NCBI GenBank assembly: GCA_046116545.1
Contig: CP175956.1
Location: forward strand, 385,734-449,733
Length of the DNA: 64,000 nucleotides
Source: Candidatus Moraniibacteriota bacterium
Lineage (GTDB): Bacteria; Patescibacteriota; Minisyncoccia; Moranbacterales; GCA-2747515
Direction: 5' to 3'
Shown: piece after piece, positions 30,226 to 41,000 of the stretch
Layout: the number at the start of each line of letters is the position of its first letter
How positions within the stretch are numbered: position 1 is the stretch's first letter
Position numbers and translations under genes: made by a program
Notes under the pieces: generated by a model
What the model was told of the DNA's origin: nothing
Seen by the model: the letters and a program-made list of their open reading frames with translations, nothing else
Database searches by the model: none

Positions 30226-31623
30226 TTATTTTAATTTATCAGCTAAATACTTTTGAAGATTTTCAAGGTTTACATTTTCTTGTTCCATAGTATCACGATT
30301 TCTTACTGTAACTATACCTGTTTCTAGTGTATTAAAATCAATTGTTACACAGTATGGAGTTCCAATTTCATCTTGACGACGATAACGTTTTCCTACATTT
30401 CCATTATCATCAAACTCACACATGTATTGCATTTTTAGTTCATCAAACACTTCTCGTGCTTTTGCTACAAGCTCTGGTTTATTTTTCATAAGTGGAAACA
30501 CTGCAACTTTTACTGGCGCTAGATTTACAGGTAATTTCAAAACTGTTCGTGACTTTCCTTCTCCCAAATCCTCCTCTACATAGGAATCTGTAAGCACTGC
30601 CAAAAATGTTCTATCAACTCCAACAGACGTTTCTACTACATGAGGTACAAAAACTTCATTTGTTTGTGGATTTCTATATTCCAATTTCTTTCCAGAATGT
30701 TTCGCATGTTGAGTTAAATCATAATCACCTCTTGCATGCACACCTTCAAGCTCTTTAAAACCAAATGGAAACTTGTACTCAATGTCCCATGCAGCTTTTG
30801 CATAAAAAACAAGATTTTCATGCTCGTGCCATTTCAAATTTTCTTCTTTGATTCCCAAGTCGAGATAATACTGCCATCTTTTCTCTCTCCACTGTTCATA
30901 CATTTCCATAGCATCATCAGGATGTACAAACATCTGCATCTCCATCTGTTCAAATTCTCGTTTACGGAAAATAAATTGCCGTGCAGTAATCTCATTTCTA
31001 AAAGCCTTACCAACCTGTGCAATTCCAAAAGGAACTTTCACACGAGTTGAATCCATTACATTTTTAAAATTAATATAAATACCCTGACAAGTTTCACCTC
31101 TTAAATATGTAGGCTCTTTATCCCAATCTCCTGTAAAATTTCCTAGATTTGATTGTACAAGTAAATTAAAGTTTTTTGATTCAGAAAAATCACTACTCCC
31201 ACACTTTGGACAACGTAATTTTTCTTTATTCTCCACCAATAGAATGTTAATCTCTTCTTCTGTCATTTTCTCATCAGCAAATACCCCAGCATCTTCCAAA
31301 AGATGGTCAACTCTCACACGAGAGTGGCACTGCTTACATTCAGAAAGTGGATCACTAAATCCACCCACATGCCCAGAAGCTTCCCATACCTTTGGATGCA
31401 TAAAAATACTACTATCAAGTCCTACAATATTATCATTCTCCTGTACCATAGCTTTCCACCAAGCTTCTCGAATATTTTTAGCAAGTTCAGTACCATAAGG
31501 ACCAAAGTCATAAACAGCAGCAAACCCACCATAAATTTCACTAGAACCAAATACAAAACCACGTCGCTTCGCAAAACTCACTATTTTTTCCATTAATTTA
31601 TCATCTTTTTTTTCCTCACTCAT
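30226..31623 (-). CDS. glyS: glycyl-tRNA synthetase, alpha2 (eukaryote/archaeal-like class II) type
   Basis: N-term VSFAKRRGFVFGSSEIYGG...YDFGPYG, class-II motifs (FRNEI; GIAQVGKAFRNE), anticodon-binding C-term; 465 aa; preceded by T-box leader. Confidence 0.85.
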   Translation of the reverse strand: MSEEKKDDKLMEKIVSFAKRRGFVFGSSEIYGGFAAVYDFGPYGTELAKNIREAWWKAMVQENDNIVGLDSSIFMHPKVWEASGHVGGFSDPLSECKQCHSRVRVDHLLEDAGVFADEKMTEEEINILLVENKEKLRCPKCGSSDFSESKNFNLLVQSNLGNFTGDWDKEPTYLRGETCQGIYINFKNVMDSTRVKVPFGIAQVGKAFRNEITARQFIFRKREFEQMEMQMFVHPDDAMEMYEQWREKRWQYYLDLGIKEENLKWHEHENLVFYAKAAWDIEYKFPFGFKELEGVHARGDYDLTQHAKHSGKKLEYRNPQTNEVFVPHVVETSVGVDRTFLAVLTDSYVEEDLGEGKSRTVLKLPVNLAPVKVAVFPLMKNKPELVAKAREVFDELKMQYMCEFDDNGNVGKRYRRQDEIGTPYCVTIDFNTLETGIVTVRNRDTMEQENVNLENLQKYLADKLK

Positions 31624-31630
31624 AATTTCA

Positions 31631-31828
31631 TTATTTAAGAATTATTTTATAATCATCAACTTCACTTATATCTTTAAGACCATCAACATGTACATGTTCT
31701 TCTGACCATTTATTTAATAATTTTTCTTTAGCCTTATCCACATCTTCTGCAACAACAAATTCTAGTTTATGCTCTTCCACAATATTTCCCGTAAGTGCTT
31801 TCCCTAAAAAACCTACAAAAAGTTTCAT
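31631..31828 (-). CDS. small hypothetical protein between T-box leader and glyS
   Basis: 65-aa ORF immediately downstream of the T-box terminator and 7 bp upstream of glyS start; acidic, no motifs; may be cotranscribed. Confidence 0.3.
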   Translation of the reverse strand: MKLFVGFLGKALTGNIVEEHKLEFVVAEDVDKAKEKLLNKWSEEHVHVDGLKDISEVDDYKIILK

Positions 31829-31839
31829 GATATTCTGCC

Positions 31840-32196
31840 TTTAAAATAAAAACTCGTCCTGATAATTCCAAAATTTACTTTGAAATAATCAGGACGAGTA
31901 TCAAGCCCGCGGTTCCACCTGTGTTTTTGAATAACTATTTATCCAAACTCTCTATAATTGTAATTTCCATCCATAGGCACGCCACTACCTATCAGTAATA
32001 TACTTAATATATCATCAATTTCTAAAAAGTCAATCTGTAATTCCCATTTTAAAACAAACAAAAATGGTAACATTGTACCATTTTTTGTTTCTGTCTTTGT
32101 TTTTATTTTTATTTTTGTAGGTGTTTTTTATGGGCGGTTGTTTTAAAAAACAAAAAGTGAGTCGAGGCTACCTAAACGCCTTTACTCACCCGTTAT
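31840..32196 (-). promoter_or_regulatory. T-box riboswitch leader (tRNA-Gly sensing) upstream of glyS operon
   Basis: On minus strand: sigma70-like promoter, ~340-nt ORF-free leader with multiple hairpins, conserved T-box sequence acacAGGUGGAACCGCGGG (cf consensus AGGGUGGNACCGCGG; UGGA bulge fits tRNA-Gly UCCA end) directly 5' of a 15-bp-stem terminator followed by UUUUUAUUUU; CAGG/CCUG and CGGG/CUCG can form the alternative antiterminator. Confidence 0.65.
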
Positions 32197-32202
32197 AAAT
32201 AC

Positions 32203-32231
32203 ATTATAGCATGATTTTTAGCCCTGGTCAA
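32203..32231 (-). promoter_or_regulatory. sigma70-like promoter of T-box leader (-35 TTGACC, 17-nt spacer, -10 TATAAT)
   Basis: minus strand reads TTGACCagggctaaaaatcatgcTATAAT (rc of 32203-32231). Confidence 0.6.
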
Positions 32232-32400
32232 TTATAATGACTCCCAAACCCTTTGTTTAAGCTAAAACTATGCCCTTTACATGTTTACTTTTTAATTCTT
32301 ATATAAAATTCTTATTTTATTAAGTAAATTACTTTCAAGAATACTTATAAACTAATGCTCATAATATCTACTTAAACTAATAATTTGTACTATTTATAGT

Positions 32401-33120
32401 TTATTTCATACCTATTACAGACATCATTACATTAAAATCAGCTCCATCACGCCTAGCTGAGTAGAAATTACTATTATCTGCAAATGTACACAAGCCACAA
32501 TCATGCATATTAGCTTCATTTATCCCAAAAATTTCAGATTGATCAAAAATTATTTGTCTCAAGTCAATTTTTACCTTTTCGATTGTACTTCCCTTTATTA
32601 CATATTTATCTTGATTATAAAAACCAAATTCTGAAATCAGTTCTTCAAATCCAAAATCAAAATATTCTTTTGATATACCAGGTCCAATAGTTACTTTTAT
32701 ATTTTCCAGCTGCGCCCCCTCTCCCAACATCACATTTAATGTTCTAGGAACTATGTCATTCACTATGCCTCGCCAACCAGCATGTGCAATCCCTATTACA
32801 TCATTATGATTGTCATACATAAATACAGGGTAACAATCTGCTGATGTAACAGATAAATATGTATTTTTTTTACTCGTAACTAATGCATCTGTTTTATCTA
32901 TATTTTTGTCAGAATTTTTATTTACAACAGCAACATTCGTTGTATGTTCTACACACGCACTTACCACATCTTCATATTTTATATTATTTTGTTCACAAAA
33001 TTCTTTACGATTTTTTAAAGCCTCCTTAGTTGAATAATCTCCTTTTAGCTTCATATTTCCGTCATTTTTTGTAGACATTCCAGCAATGATGTCCTCATGT
33101 TGAGAGAAAAATTTATACAT
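32401..33120 (-). CDS. pgeF: YfiH/PgeF (DUF152) purine-nucleoside phosphorylase / peptidoglycan editing factor family
   Basis: GIAHAGWRG and CTFADNSNFYSARRDG motifs typical of DUF152. Confidence 0.7.
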   Translation of the reverse strand: MYKFFSQHEDIIAGMSTKNDGNMKLKGDYSTKEALKNRKEFCEQNNIKYEDVVSACVEHTTNVAVVNKNSDKNIDKTDALVTSKKNTYLSVTSADCYPVFMYDNHNDVIGIAHAGWRGIVNDIVPRTLNVMLGEGAQLENIKVTIGPGISKEYFDFGFEELISEFGFYNQDKYVIKGSTIEKVKIDLRQIIFDQSEIFGINEANMHDCGLCTFADNSNFYSARRDGADFNVMMSVIGMK

Positions 33121-33134
33121 TATATTAATTTTAA

Positions 33135-34268
33135 TTATTTTTTATTTTGTAACATATCCATCAATTTTATAAAGAATTTCAAATTGTGTAAAGCTGCCAT
33201 TTGCGCTCCGAGGGGCTCACCCACTTTAAATAAATGATGGATATACCCCCTAGTATAATTTTGACATGCGTAACAATCACATTTTTCATCAATTGGCGTA
33301 AAGTCATCTTTAAATTTAGCATTTCCTATATTCATAGTACTATAAAAATCTCCGCTCTCATCAATTTTTATATCATTATGCACAAATAATCTACCATGTC
33401 TTCCTTCTCTAGTCGGTATAACACAATCAAACATATCCCATCCTAAGTTATGACATTTTACAATATCTAATGGCGTACCAATACCAAGAGCAAATCGTGG
33501 ACTTTCTTCTGGCATAAATGATGCTGTCTTAGCTACAATTTCTTCCATGAAATTACCCTCATCATCCACATGTCGTCCACCAAAACTATATCCATCAAAA
33601 CCAATTTTAACTAATTCCTTTGCACACTTCTCTCGCAAATAGACAAAGGGTCCACCCTGCACAACTGCAAAGAGTAATGGTCGTGTACTATCATCAAAAC
33701 CTCTTGCTTTAACTTGTTTATCAAATTCAACTCTGCAACGTCCAGCCCACCGAATAGTTCTATCGACCGCTGCAATAATTTCATCTTCTGGAGCATTGTT
33801 TGGACGAGGATCATCTAGCAATACCATCATATCAACTCCCAAATCAAACTGAATTTGAATTGCTTTTTCTGGTGTAAGTAAGTGTTTTGAACCATCTAAT
33901 ACACTTTTAAAAACGGCCCCTTCTTCTGTAATTTTACCAAGCTTTGCATTCTTGTGTATTAAAGAATAAACTTGATATCCTCCACTATCTGATAGAAGTG
34001 GTCCATCCCAATTCATAAATTCATGAACTCCCCCAGCATCCTTCATCAAATCCATTCCCGGCTGTAAAAGTAAATGATAAGTATTTACCACCATAGGATG
34101 TACACCAACACTTTTTAACTGCTCATTAGTAATTCCTCTAATACTTGCCCGAGTAGCATCCGGCATGAAAAACGGCGTTTGAATATCACCCTTACGAGTT
34201 TTCAAAATGCCAACCCTAGCTTTATTATTTTGTTCTTTAATTTCAAAATGCATAATATTAATTGTCAT
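33135..34268 (-). CDS. tgt: queuine tRNA-ribosyltransferase (Tgt)
   Basis: FFMPDATRASI, LLSDSGGYQV, zinc site CDCYACQNYTRGYIHHL; 377 aa. Confidence 0.85.
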   Translation of the reverse strand: MTINIMHFEIKEQNNKARVGILKTRKGDIQTPFFMPDATRASIRGITNEQLKSVGVHPMVVNTYHLLLQPGMDLMKDAGGVHEFMNWDGPLLSDSGGYQVYSLIHKNAKLGKITEEGAVFKSVLDGSKHLLTPEKAIQIQFDLGVDMMVLLDDPRPNNAPEDEIIAAVDRTIRWAGRCRVEFDKQVKARGFDDSTRPLLFAVVQGGPFVYLREKCAKELVKIGFDGYSFGGRHVDDEGNFMEEIVAKTASFMPEESPRFALGIGTPLDIVKCHNLGWDMFDCVIPTREGRHGRLFVHNDIKIDESGDFYSTMNIGNAKFKDDFTPIDEKCDCYACQNYTRGYIHHLFKVGEPLGAQMAALHNLKFFIKLMDMLQNKK

Positions 34269-34300
34269 TGCGAGGAGGTACGACGAAGCAATCTTGATAA
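34263..34300. repeat. partial copy of same element overlapping the tgt start codon
   Basis: ttgtcattgcgaggaggtacgacgaagcaatcttgataaa; the CAT of tgtCATt is the tgt ATG on the minus strand. Confidence 0.55.
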
Positions 34301-34492
34301 ATTTATCTAAATCTCGACAAGACCAATCTCCTTATTGAATCTAAACAATACCACCAAAATACTCAAAAATCAATGCTAACGTTTGTAATTATTCAGGTTT
34401 ATCTTATAAATAGTAGCCTGTCATTCCAGAAATAACATTGTCCGGAATCTTTCGAGTGTGTTTAAATGAATTCTTGTATTATAGTATTAGAT

Positions 34493-34519
34493 TCCTGCCT
34501 TCGCAGGAAAGACAATTGG
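34493..34519. repeat. small palindromic unit (tcctgccttcgcagga + aagacaa)
   Basis: same CTTC-loop palindrome type as 52826-52850. Confidence 0.45.
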
Positions 34520-34543
34520 AGAGCCTTGAATAGTTACTAAAGT

Positions 34544-35245
34544 TTAGCCTACAATAAATCTCAACAATGCCTCACTGCTATAAAAATTTCGATCTGCCTT
34601 TTTTATAAGTAAATTTCTTTGAACATTTCCCCAAAAGCCCCAAAATTCATCGGCTACACCACTTTTCTTGATAAGATAATCACTATTACCATCTCCCACA
34701 CAAATGACTTTTTTATATAAATGTTTAGATTTAATATCTCTCGCTACTTCAACTTTACCATTATTATTAATTAATTTATTATTGTTATCAAATCCGATAA
34801 CAATACCTCTATCTTTAATAAATTCATTAGCAAACGTTGCCTCCATCCCAACACCGAGTTCACGAGCAACAATAGAAACATTATCCATGAAACCACCTGA
34901 CACAATAAATACCGCTCCCCCCGCATTATAAATAAATTCTATAATTTTTTTAAAATTGAAATCTATGTGCTGCAACAAAATTTCATCGTTGTATAAATCG
35001 ATGTGTTTTTGTGAAATTTGCACACTCTCAAATCTTCTATTTAGTGACTCTTGGAAATTAATTTCTCCATTCATTCCCAAATCAGTAATTTCCTTAACTT
35101 TTTGAATTATTAATTCTTTACTCTCCTGACTATCACACTGATCTCCGTCATTAATTGCTATCCCAATAATGTCATCTAATGTCTCTGTTTTTACCAAAGT
35201 AGAATCAATATCAAATATAAAAATTGTATTTTTTAGATTCTTCAT
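34544..35245 (-). CDS. HAD-IB hydrolase, phosphoserine-phosphatase-like
   Basis: IFIFDIDSTL (DxDST motif I), VSGG (II), K..ICVGDGNSD (III/IV). Confidence 0.55.
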   Translation of the reverse strand: MKNLKNTIFIFDIDSTLVKTETLDDIIGIAINDGDQCDSQESKELIIQKVKEITDLGMNGEINFQESLNRRFESVQISQKHIDLYNDEILLQHIDFNFKKIIEFIYNAGGAVFIVSGGFMDNVSIVARELGVGMEATFANEFIKDRGIVIGFDNNNKLINNNGKVEVARDIKSKHLYKKVICVGDGNSDYLIKKSGVADEFWGFWGNVQRNLLIKKADRNFYSSEALLRFIVG

Positions 35246-35256
35246 TTATACATCAA

Positions 35257-36504
35257 TTACCCAAACATCAACCATTCTGGCTTCAATACTAACAATAGAC
35301 CTAATACTAACATAAGAATCCCCCCTATAAGTGTAGATAATTTTGAATATTTTGCGCCTACTGTATGGAATTTTTCAAATCCAAATATTGCTAGACCAAA
35401 TATCAAGAAATCATCTGCCATGTAAAAGAGTGTATATATAAATATATAAAATTGTCGTCCTAAAAATGTAAGATCGTTTAGTTCTAGTATTTTTGTAAAT
35501 GATTGTGCAATCCCTACTGAGCAAGCAAATTCTATAATATTTACTGAAAATGCAATTCCTAGTACTGCTAGGGTTGTGATAATTGTTATGGGTTTTGCTA
35601 CTACATCTTGAATTTTTTTGGTTGTTTTTTGTTGATGTTCAAAACTTGTAACATCACATGTCAAATCTCCTTTGCTTTTATACCATTTGCGCAAAAAGTA
35701 TATACCCGCAGCAACTGCCAACAATCCAACCATAGGAGTTACCCATCTATCAAGTGCTATAAAATCCCATGTTTGATACCATACATTTAATATGAAAAAA
35801 TACATGATAGCCTCAGCAAGTATGAATAAGCTTACTAAGTAAGCCATCTTCTTTTTATCTCCTATCTGAGAAAGGATTATTAAAAAGGTTAACAAAACCC
35901 ACATAGCACACGGATTAAATCCGTCTATAAATCCAAGTATTGCAGACATGGTAAGTAACGATGTTTCTTGAATATTGATTTCTCCAAAAAATGGTAATGT
36001 CATAACTGATTCATTTGAAGTACTATCTATAGAGCAAGTTGCAGCACTTTCTACACTACAAGAATAGTCTGCGTTGTCATTATTTGCACTTGCAGTTTCT
36101 GATATATAAAAATCCAATCCATAATCTTCATCATCCTCACTGTGTGCTAAGATTTTCTCACCTGTTGTCTTTTCATTGAATCCAACTAGTACTTCTGCTC
36201 CCACTAATGTAATAGGTGTAACTTTTGAAAGTTTATATTTTTCAACAACACTCTTCCAGATATCTTTATTTTTAGTCTCCCCAATATCAAGTAAAGTTAC
36301 TTCAAAATTATTTTTTATATTTTCATTATTTTCTAAAAACTTTTCTTCCTTTGCACAATTACTGCAACCTTCTCTGACAAATACAATCACTTCTGTTTTA
36401 TTTTCATTTTGAGCCATTACAAAAGAACCAGTATTTAAAAATACTGCTCCAAAAATAAACAATCCTATGATTATTTTCTTTATCATAAACTTTAAATTTA
36501 TCAA
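35257..36504 (-). CDS. thioredoxin-like (CxxC) domain fused to CcdA/DsbD-family transmembrane thiol-disulfide electron transporter
   Basis: N-term VIVFVREGCSNCAKEE; TM domain with GFNPCAMWVLLTFL and EFACSVG Cys motifs characteristic of DsbD/CcdA. Confidence 0.6.
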   Translation of the reverse strand: MINLKFMIKKIIIGLFIFGAVFLNTGSFVMAQNENKTEVIVFVREGCSNCAKEEKFLENNENIKNNFEVTLLDIGETKNKDIWKSVVEKYKLSKVTPITLVGAEVLVGFNEKTTGEKILAHSEDDEDYGLDFYISETASANNDNADYSCSVESAATCSIDSTSNESVMTLPFFGEINIQETSLLTMSAILGFIDGFNPCAMWVLLTFLIILSQIGDKKKMAYLVSLFILAEAIMYFFILNVWYQTWDFIALDRWVTPMVGLLAVAAGIYFLRKWYKSKGDLTCDVTSFEHQQKTTKKIQDVVAKPITIITTLAVLGIAFSVNIIEFACSVGIAQSFTKILELNDLTFLGRQFYIFIYTLFYMADDFLIFGLAIFGFEKFHTVGAKYSKLSTLIGGILMLVLGLLLVLKPEWLMFG

Positions 36505-36524
36505 AATAGCAAAAACTACTTATT

Positions 36525-37391
36525 TTATTCTAATCCTGCAAATAACTTTATTTTGTTATATACAACATCATAAACTTTTTGTCTTGGAATGTCCATATAC
36601 TTATACGGCGCAACTGAATCATTTCTTTCAAGTGACTCTTCTAAACCATCTCGAAAAGCTTTTCTTATTTCTGTATTTACATGCACAATTGAAATTCCAG
36701 CTTTAATTCCTGCTCGTAAATCATTATCTGTTATACCTGAGCCACCGTGTAACACCAAATGACAATTGCTTACATTTGCAATATTTCCAACAAGCTCTGC
36801 ATCAATATGTGGATTTCCATCTTTAACTACTCCATGAATGTTTCCTACTGAGGGTGCAAATATATCTACGCCTGTTTCATCTACAAACTTTTGTGCAATC
36901 TCTGGAGTTGTCTTATCTTCACCTGCTCCCTCCGGTATTTCATCAAGTAATGCACTCGATGAACCAATGTAACCAAGTTCAGCTTCAACTAGAATAGTTC
37001 TATTTTCTTCTTCTGCTATATAATTTGCATGATCAACAACCTCTTTTGTCATTGCAACATTTTCATCAAATGACAACTTTGAACCGTCTATCATAACACT
37101 ATCAAATCCTGCATCAATACACTCTTTTACACCTTCTACATCATGAGTATGATCTGCATTCATAAAGATTGGATAATCAAATTCATTACGAATACTTTGC
37201 ACCAATGATGCTGCCTGTCGTACTCCTATAAACTTTCTTTCACCTTCTGATACACCTATGATTACAGGTTGTTTCAAATCTCGTGCTGCTTCAAATATTG
37301 CCCATAAAGCTTCGACATTTGAAATGTTAAAATGTCCTATTGCAACACCATCCTTTTTTGCTTTTTCTAAATAGTTGTATAAATTATGCAT
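36525..37391 (-). CDS. fba: fructose-bisphosphate aldolase, class II
   Basis: GHFNISN..E, ADHTH (Zn ligands), LVLHGGSG, 288 aa. Confidence 0.85.
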   Translation of the reverse strand: MHNLYNYLEKAKKDGVAIGHFNISNVEALWAIFEAARDLKQPVIIGVSEGERKFIGVRQAASLVQSIRNEFDYPIFMNADHTHDVEGVKECIDAGFDSVMIDGSKLSFDENVAMTKEVVDHANYIAEEENRTILVEAELGYIGSSSALLDEIPEGAGEDKTTPEIAQKFVDETGVDIFAPSVGNIHGVVKDGNPHIDAELVGNIANVSNCHLVLHGGSGITDNDLRAGIKAGISIVHVNTEIRKAFRDGLEESLERNDSVAPYKYMDIPRQKVYDVVYNKIKLFAGLE

Positions 37392-37983
37392 TCTTTTTTT
37401 TATTATTTTTTAATTTATTTTTCTTTTCTTCTTTCTTTAAAAATTGTTTAAATTTCCATTGTCTAATGTATTTGAACCATGCATACAAAAGTCCTGTAGC
37501 AATTGCTATAAACCCTACAAAAAATAACCATAGATTTGTATCTATTGAAAATCTCAATCTACTATTAACAAGAATTAATACTAAATATTGCACAAGCAAC
37601 ATGAGCACTCCAATATACCAAGAATAAATCTTATAAATTCTTTGTGGTTGATAATGCGCAAATACTTGAAATATAAAGAAACAAAGAACTGTCACACCAG
37701 TGACAATAATCGCATAAGAATTCATTTGAGTAAAAGTTTCTGCATCAGAGTTAAACGCAACAATTGGAAACCATCCCCATATTTTTTCTATATGCCATTG
37801 TTGAACAAACATGAATGCAAAAAGAAATGTAAAAAATAATCTAAATACTAATAAGTATAGTGCTACAAAAAGTGTATGTTCAAAAAACATGTCCCATGAA
37901 AAAAACAAAGGACATGTTTTATCTGCACTATCAAGATTTACCTTTGATATTTCTGCTTGATTTTTTACAATTTTTTTGTTCAT
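37384..37983 (-). CDS. hypothetical multi-pass membrane protein with Lys-rich C-terminus
   Basis: four hydrophobic helices; tail KKEEKKNKLKNNKKKNA. Confidence 0.4.
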   Translation of the reverse strand: MNKKIVKNQAEISKVNLDSADKTCPLFFSWDMFFEHTLFVALYLLVFRLFFTFLFAFMFVQQWHIEKIWGWFPIVAFNSDAETFTQMNSYAIIVTGVTVLCFFIFQVFAHYQPQRIYKIYSWYIGVLMLLVQYLVLILVNSRLRFSIDTNLWLFFVGFIAIATGLLYAWFKYIRQWKFKQFLKKEEKKNKLKNNKKKNA

Positions 37984-38015
37984 ATGTCAATATTATAACA
38001 TACGTGTACTTTTTT

Positions 38016-41000
38016 TTACAATCCACTGATCTCTAATTGGAAGTCTCTTGAGATTTGTGGACCACCTACAGATCCTATATCTACATTAAATATAAAGTCC
38101 ATTGTTTCCAATGCTCCACTACTTCTTTCATGTGTGAAGTATGTTGCAACATCATTGCTACTGTCAAATACTGATTGTGTAACTGCATCTACTGGTGTAA
38201 CTCCTGGAAATGGTGGAAATGTAAACTGATTATTTATTGTCTGACTTGGCACTTCAAATAAATCTAAGTCTGCCTGGGTAAAGACACTTCCATCTGATAC
38301 ATTTTCAAAAGTTGTAAATACTTGTGAACCATTGAGTCCTGCATCACTTGTTAATGATTTCAATGTTCTATATCTTTCACTCGTTCCACTTGTAGCTCCC
38401 TCAATTAAAATTGTAGGACTGTTTAACTGGTCATCTAAAAGTGTTGGCACATAATAACCTGTCTTTACATAATTAATTTTTGGAGCATATGCTTGATTAT
38501 TTGTACGTAAATATATTCTCATTTTCACACAACTGTGATCACTGAAATTATCATCAAATAATATTTGCTGTGTATTTGTTGTACGAGTTACATATGGAAG
38601 TGACACATCAACAGATGTTGCTAATGTTGTTGGTGCTACATTGATATATGATCCATAACTAGCAGTTGCACACGTTGGACTTGGATCAGCACTTGCTACC
38701 TCAACCGTTACTTGTTCTACACCATTTGCACCTGAACGAGAGTTTGTAATTTCCTCCCAAGTTACATCTCTCCAATAAGTATGTTCTCCATATATCAAAG
38801 CACTTGTATCAAATGTATATTCAGCATAAGCTTCAAAATCAATTCCAGCAGTTGTGCTATCTTTTCCTGATTCGTAAAATAATCCCTGCTCATCTGCATC
38901 ATCTACATTCTCCACATTAGGTTCTATATAAGCTCTCTTCCTTACCTGTGGCCATGTTAACCATGACGTTTCATCAGTTACTGATGAATTTAAATGATGT
39001 TCATAATATGCATACACTGGCTCATCACAAGTCATATGATATCCTGCTTGAAAATATGCACCATCTGAAGTGTCATCTCCACCTATATGAATATTATTTG
39101 GGTAAGGATCAGTTTGAGCACCTCCAGTTTGTGGTGGAATATTATCCATAGTACCTGTTGCATCAATTGTGATTTCAGTACCTGTATCATCATAAACGCG
39201 ACACGTTACATTTGCATCACGAGCTACTATCGCCATATACTGAGTAGGATTTGAAACTACATATTCACGAGAAAACTCTTTTTGTGATAAAAATGTCACA
39301 ACTTCATTTCCATCTGAATCAGCATAACTAGTTGCCCCAATTGGTGCATCAGATACAATGTGATATCCAAGAGCTGTACCTTGTGAGCCTCCACCTGATT
39401 CTGTGTATGCAAAATTATTTGCAGCATTAAGCACAACACTTGTTGATGTACCATCACTCCTATAAAGTGTCACATTTGCATCACTACTCGCTCCTAGTAA
39501 TACTGAACCTGTGCCAACACCATAAATTTCATACTCACCAGAATCTTCTTCTAATCCAAGGTGTGTCGGATATAAAATATTTGAGTCATTGCTACTTGCT
39601 TGATGAAAGCCTAGAATTGGTTCATCAGAAATAATTTTAAAGACTCGAGTATTTACAATATCTTGTACTACTGTTTGTACTGTTCCTGTTGATACAGTAA
39701 CTGTTTGAAGTGTTGTCCATCCTGCTCCAGAACTTTCTTGTATCTGCACAGTTGCATCTGCAAATGGCGCGTAAAAACTAAACACATCATTTCCCCTATC
39801 AACTCTATATGTAAATTCTGTACCAGCATACGCAATAGGTAACGCAGAATCTGTACCATCTCCATCAAATCCAATGTGAAGTGGGCCTGTTACAGAGTAT
39901 GAATCTGTCTGTAAAATACCTGATCCAAAAGGTGCTGTGATAATCTCTCCTTCATCCACAATTTGTGTAGTAAAGCTATCGTTTATACTATTATTATCTG
40001 TAAAAGATATGATTGATAATGTTTCACCAACAGCACGCTCATCTACAACATAATAATTTGCCTTTTGTGTTGCTGTGTGAAAAATTCCATTATAATCACC
40101 AGTTGTTAGAAGGGATGATGTTGGCCCTGTCTCCCATTTTTCTACTAAATAATTTTCAATTTCAGCCACTTCTATAGTTGTTAAATTACCGTCAAAAACT
40201 AACATTTCTCCCAAACTCATACTCTGAGGTCGTCCACCACCAGCTTGTGAACCTACATTAAATGTTCTTCCTCTCCCTCTAAATGAATCTCCATTTGTAT
40301 CACTAACAATTGTTGTGCCATCACGTGCAATAATACGATCTCCTCCATCATGAGCTTCAAATCGTAGTACATGATATGTTGTGGTGTCCCCACCATACGC
40401 ACCAGATAGTGCACCTCCACCATTAGTATTTGCTTGGAACTCTACATTAGTTACATTTGGCGCACGACCTTCATATTGACCTGCTTGAATTGTCTCATTA
40501 AACAATGTGCCATCTTCTGGCAAAACAAGGTTTTTAAATGCTACAAAAGTATAAGTATCTGTATACGTTGTGCCACTTACCCAAAGCCCACTTCCATCTT
40601 CCATGTAGCTACCATTAAACTCGATTACTTGATTACCTCCATCAGTTGTAAGAGTTGGCTGACTACCCGCATTACTCTGATCTACATGGTTTGCATTTCC
40701 AGATTTGTCATCCCAATTTGTAACACTTGTACCAGTTGTTGTAATTGTTGAAGTATCCGCTGCATCAAGCCATAAAATAGGATTGTATGCCCCCAAATTA
40801 ATTCCTGGATTATAATAAATATAAAATGTTGCTGTACTTGTAGCTGCAATCGTAGGAACCTTAACCCATGTATACCCAGTTGCTGCAGTATCATTAAAAT
40901 CTTCAAGTGCATATACAATATTATCAGTCCCGTCACCAATACTACCCGCAACACGTATATCTCCACCATCTGTCTGCGTGTGTCCAAACATATGAGAAAC

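Noticed and set aside
31830-32400. Considered tmRNA, RNase P RNA, SRP RNA or 6S RNA for the ORF-free region
   Set aside because: No tRNA-like 3' end (no GGUUCGA/CCA), no RNase P P4 motifs (GGAAAGUCCGG / ACAGAA), no SRP domain-IV motif; the region is instead fully explained as promoter + T-box leader + terminator on the minus strand
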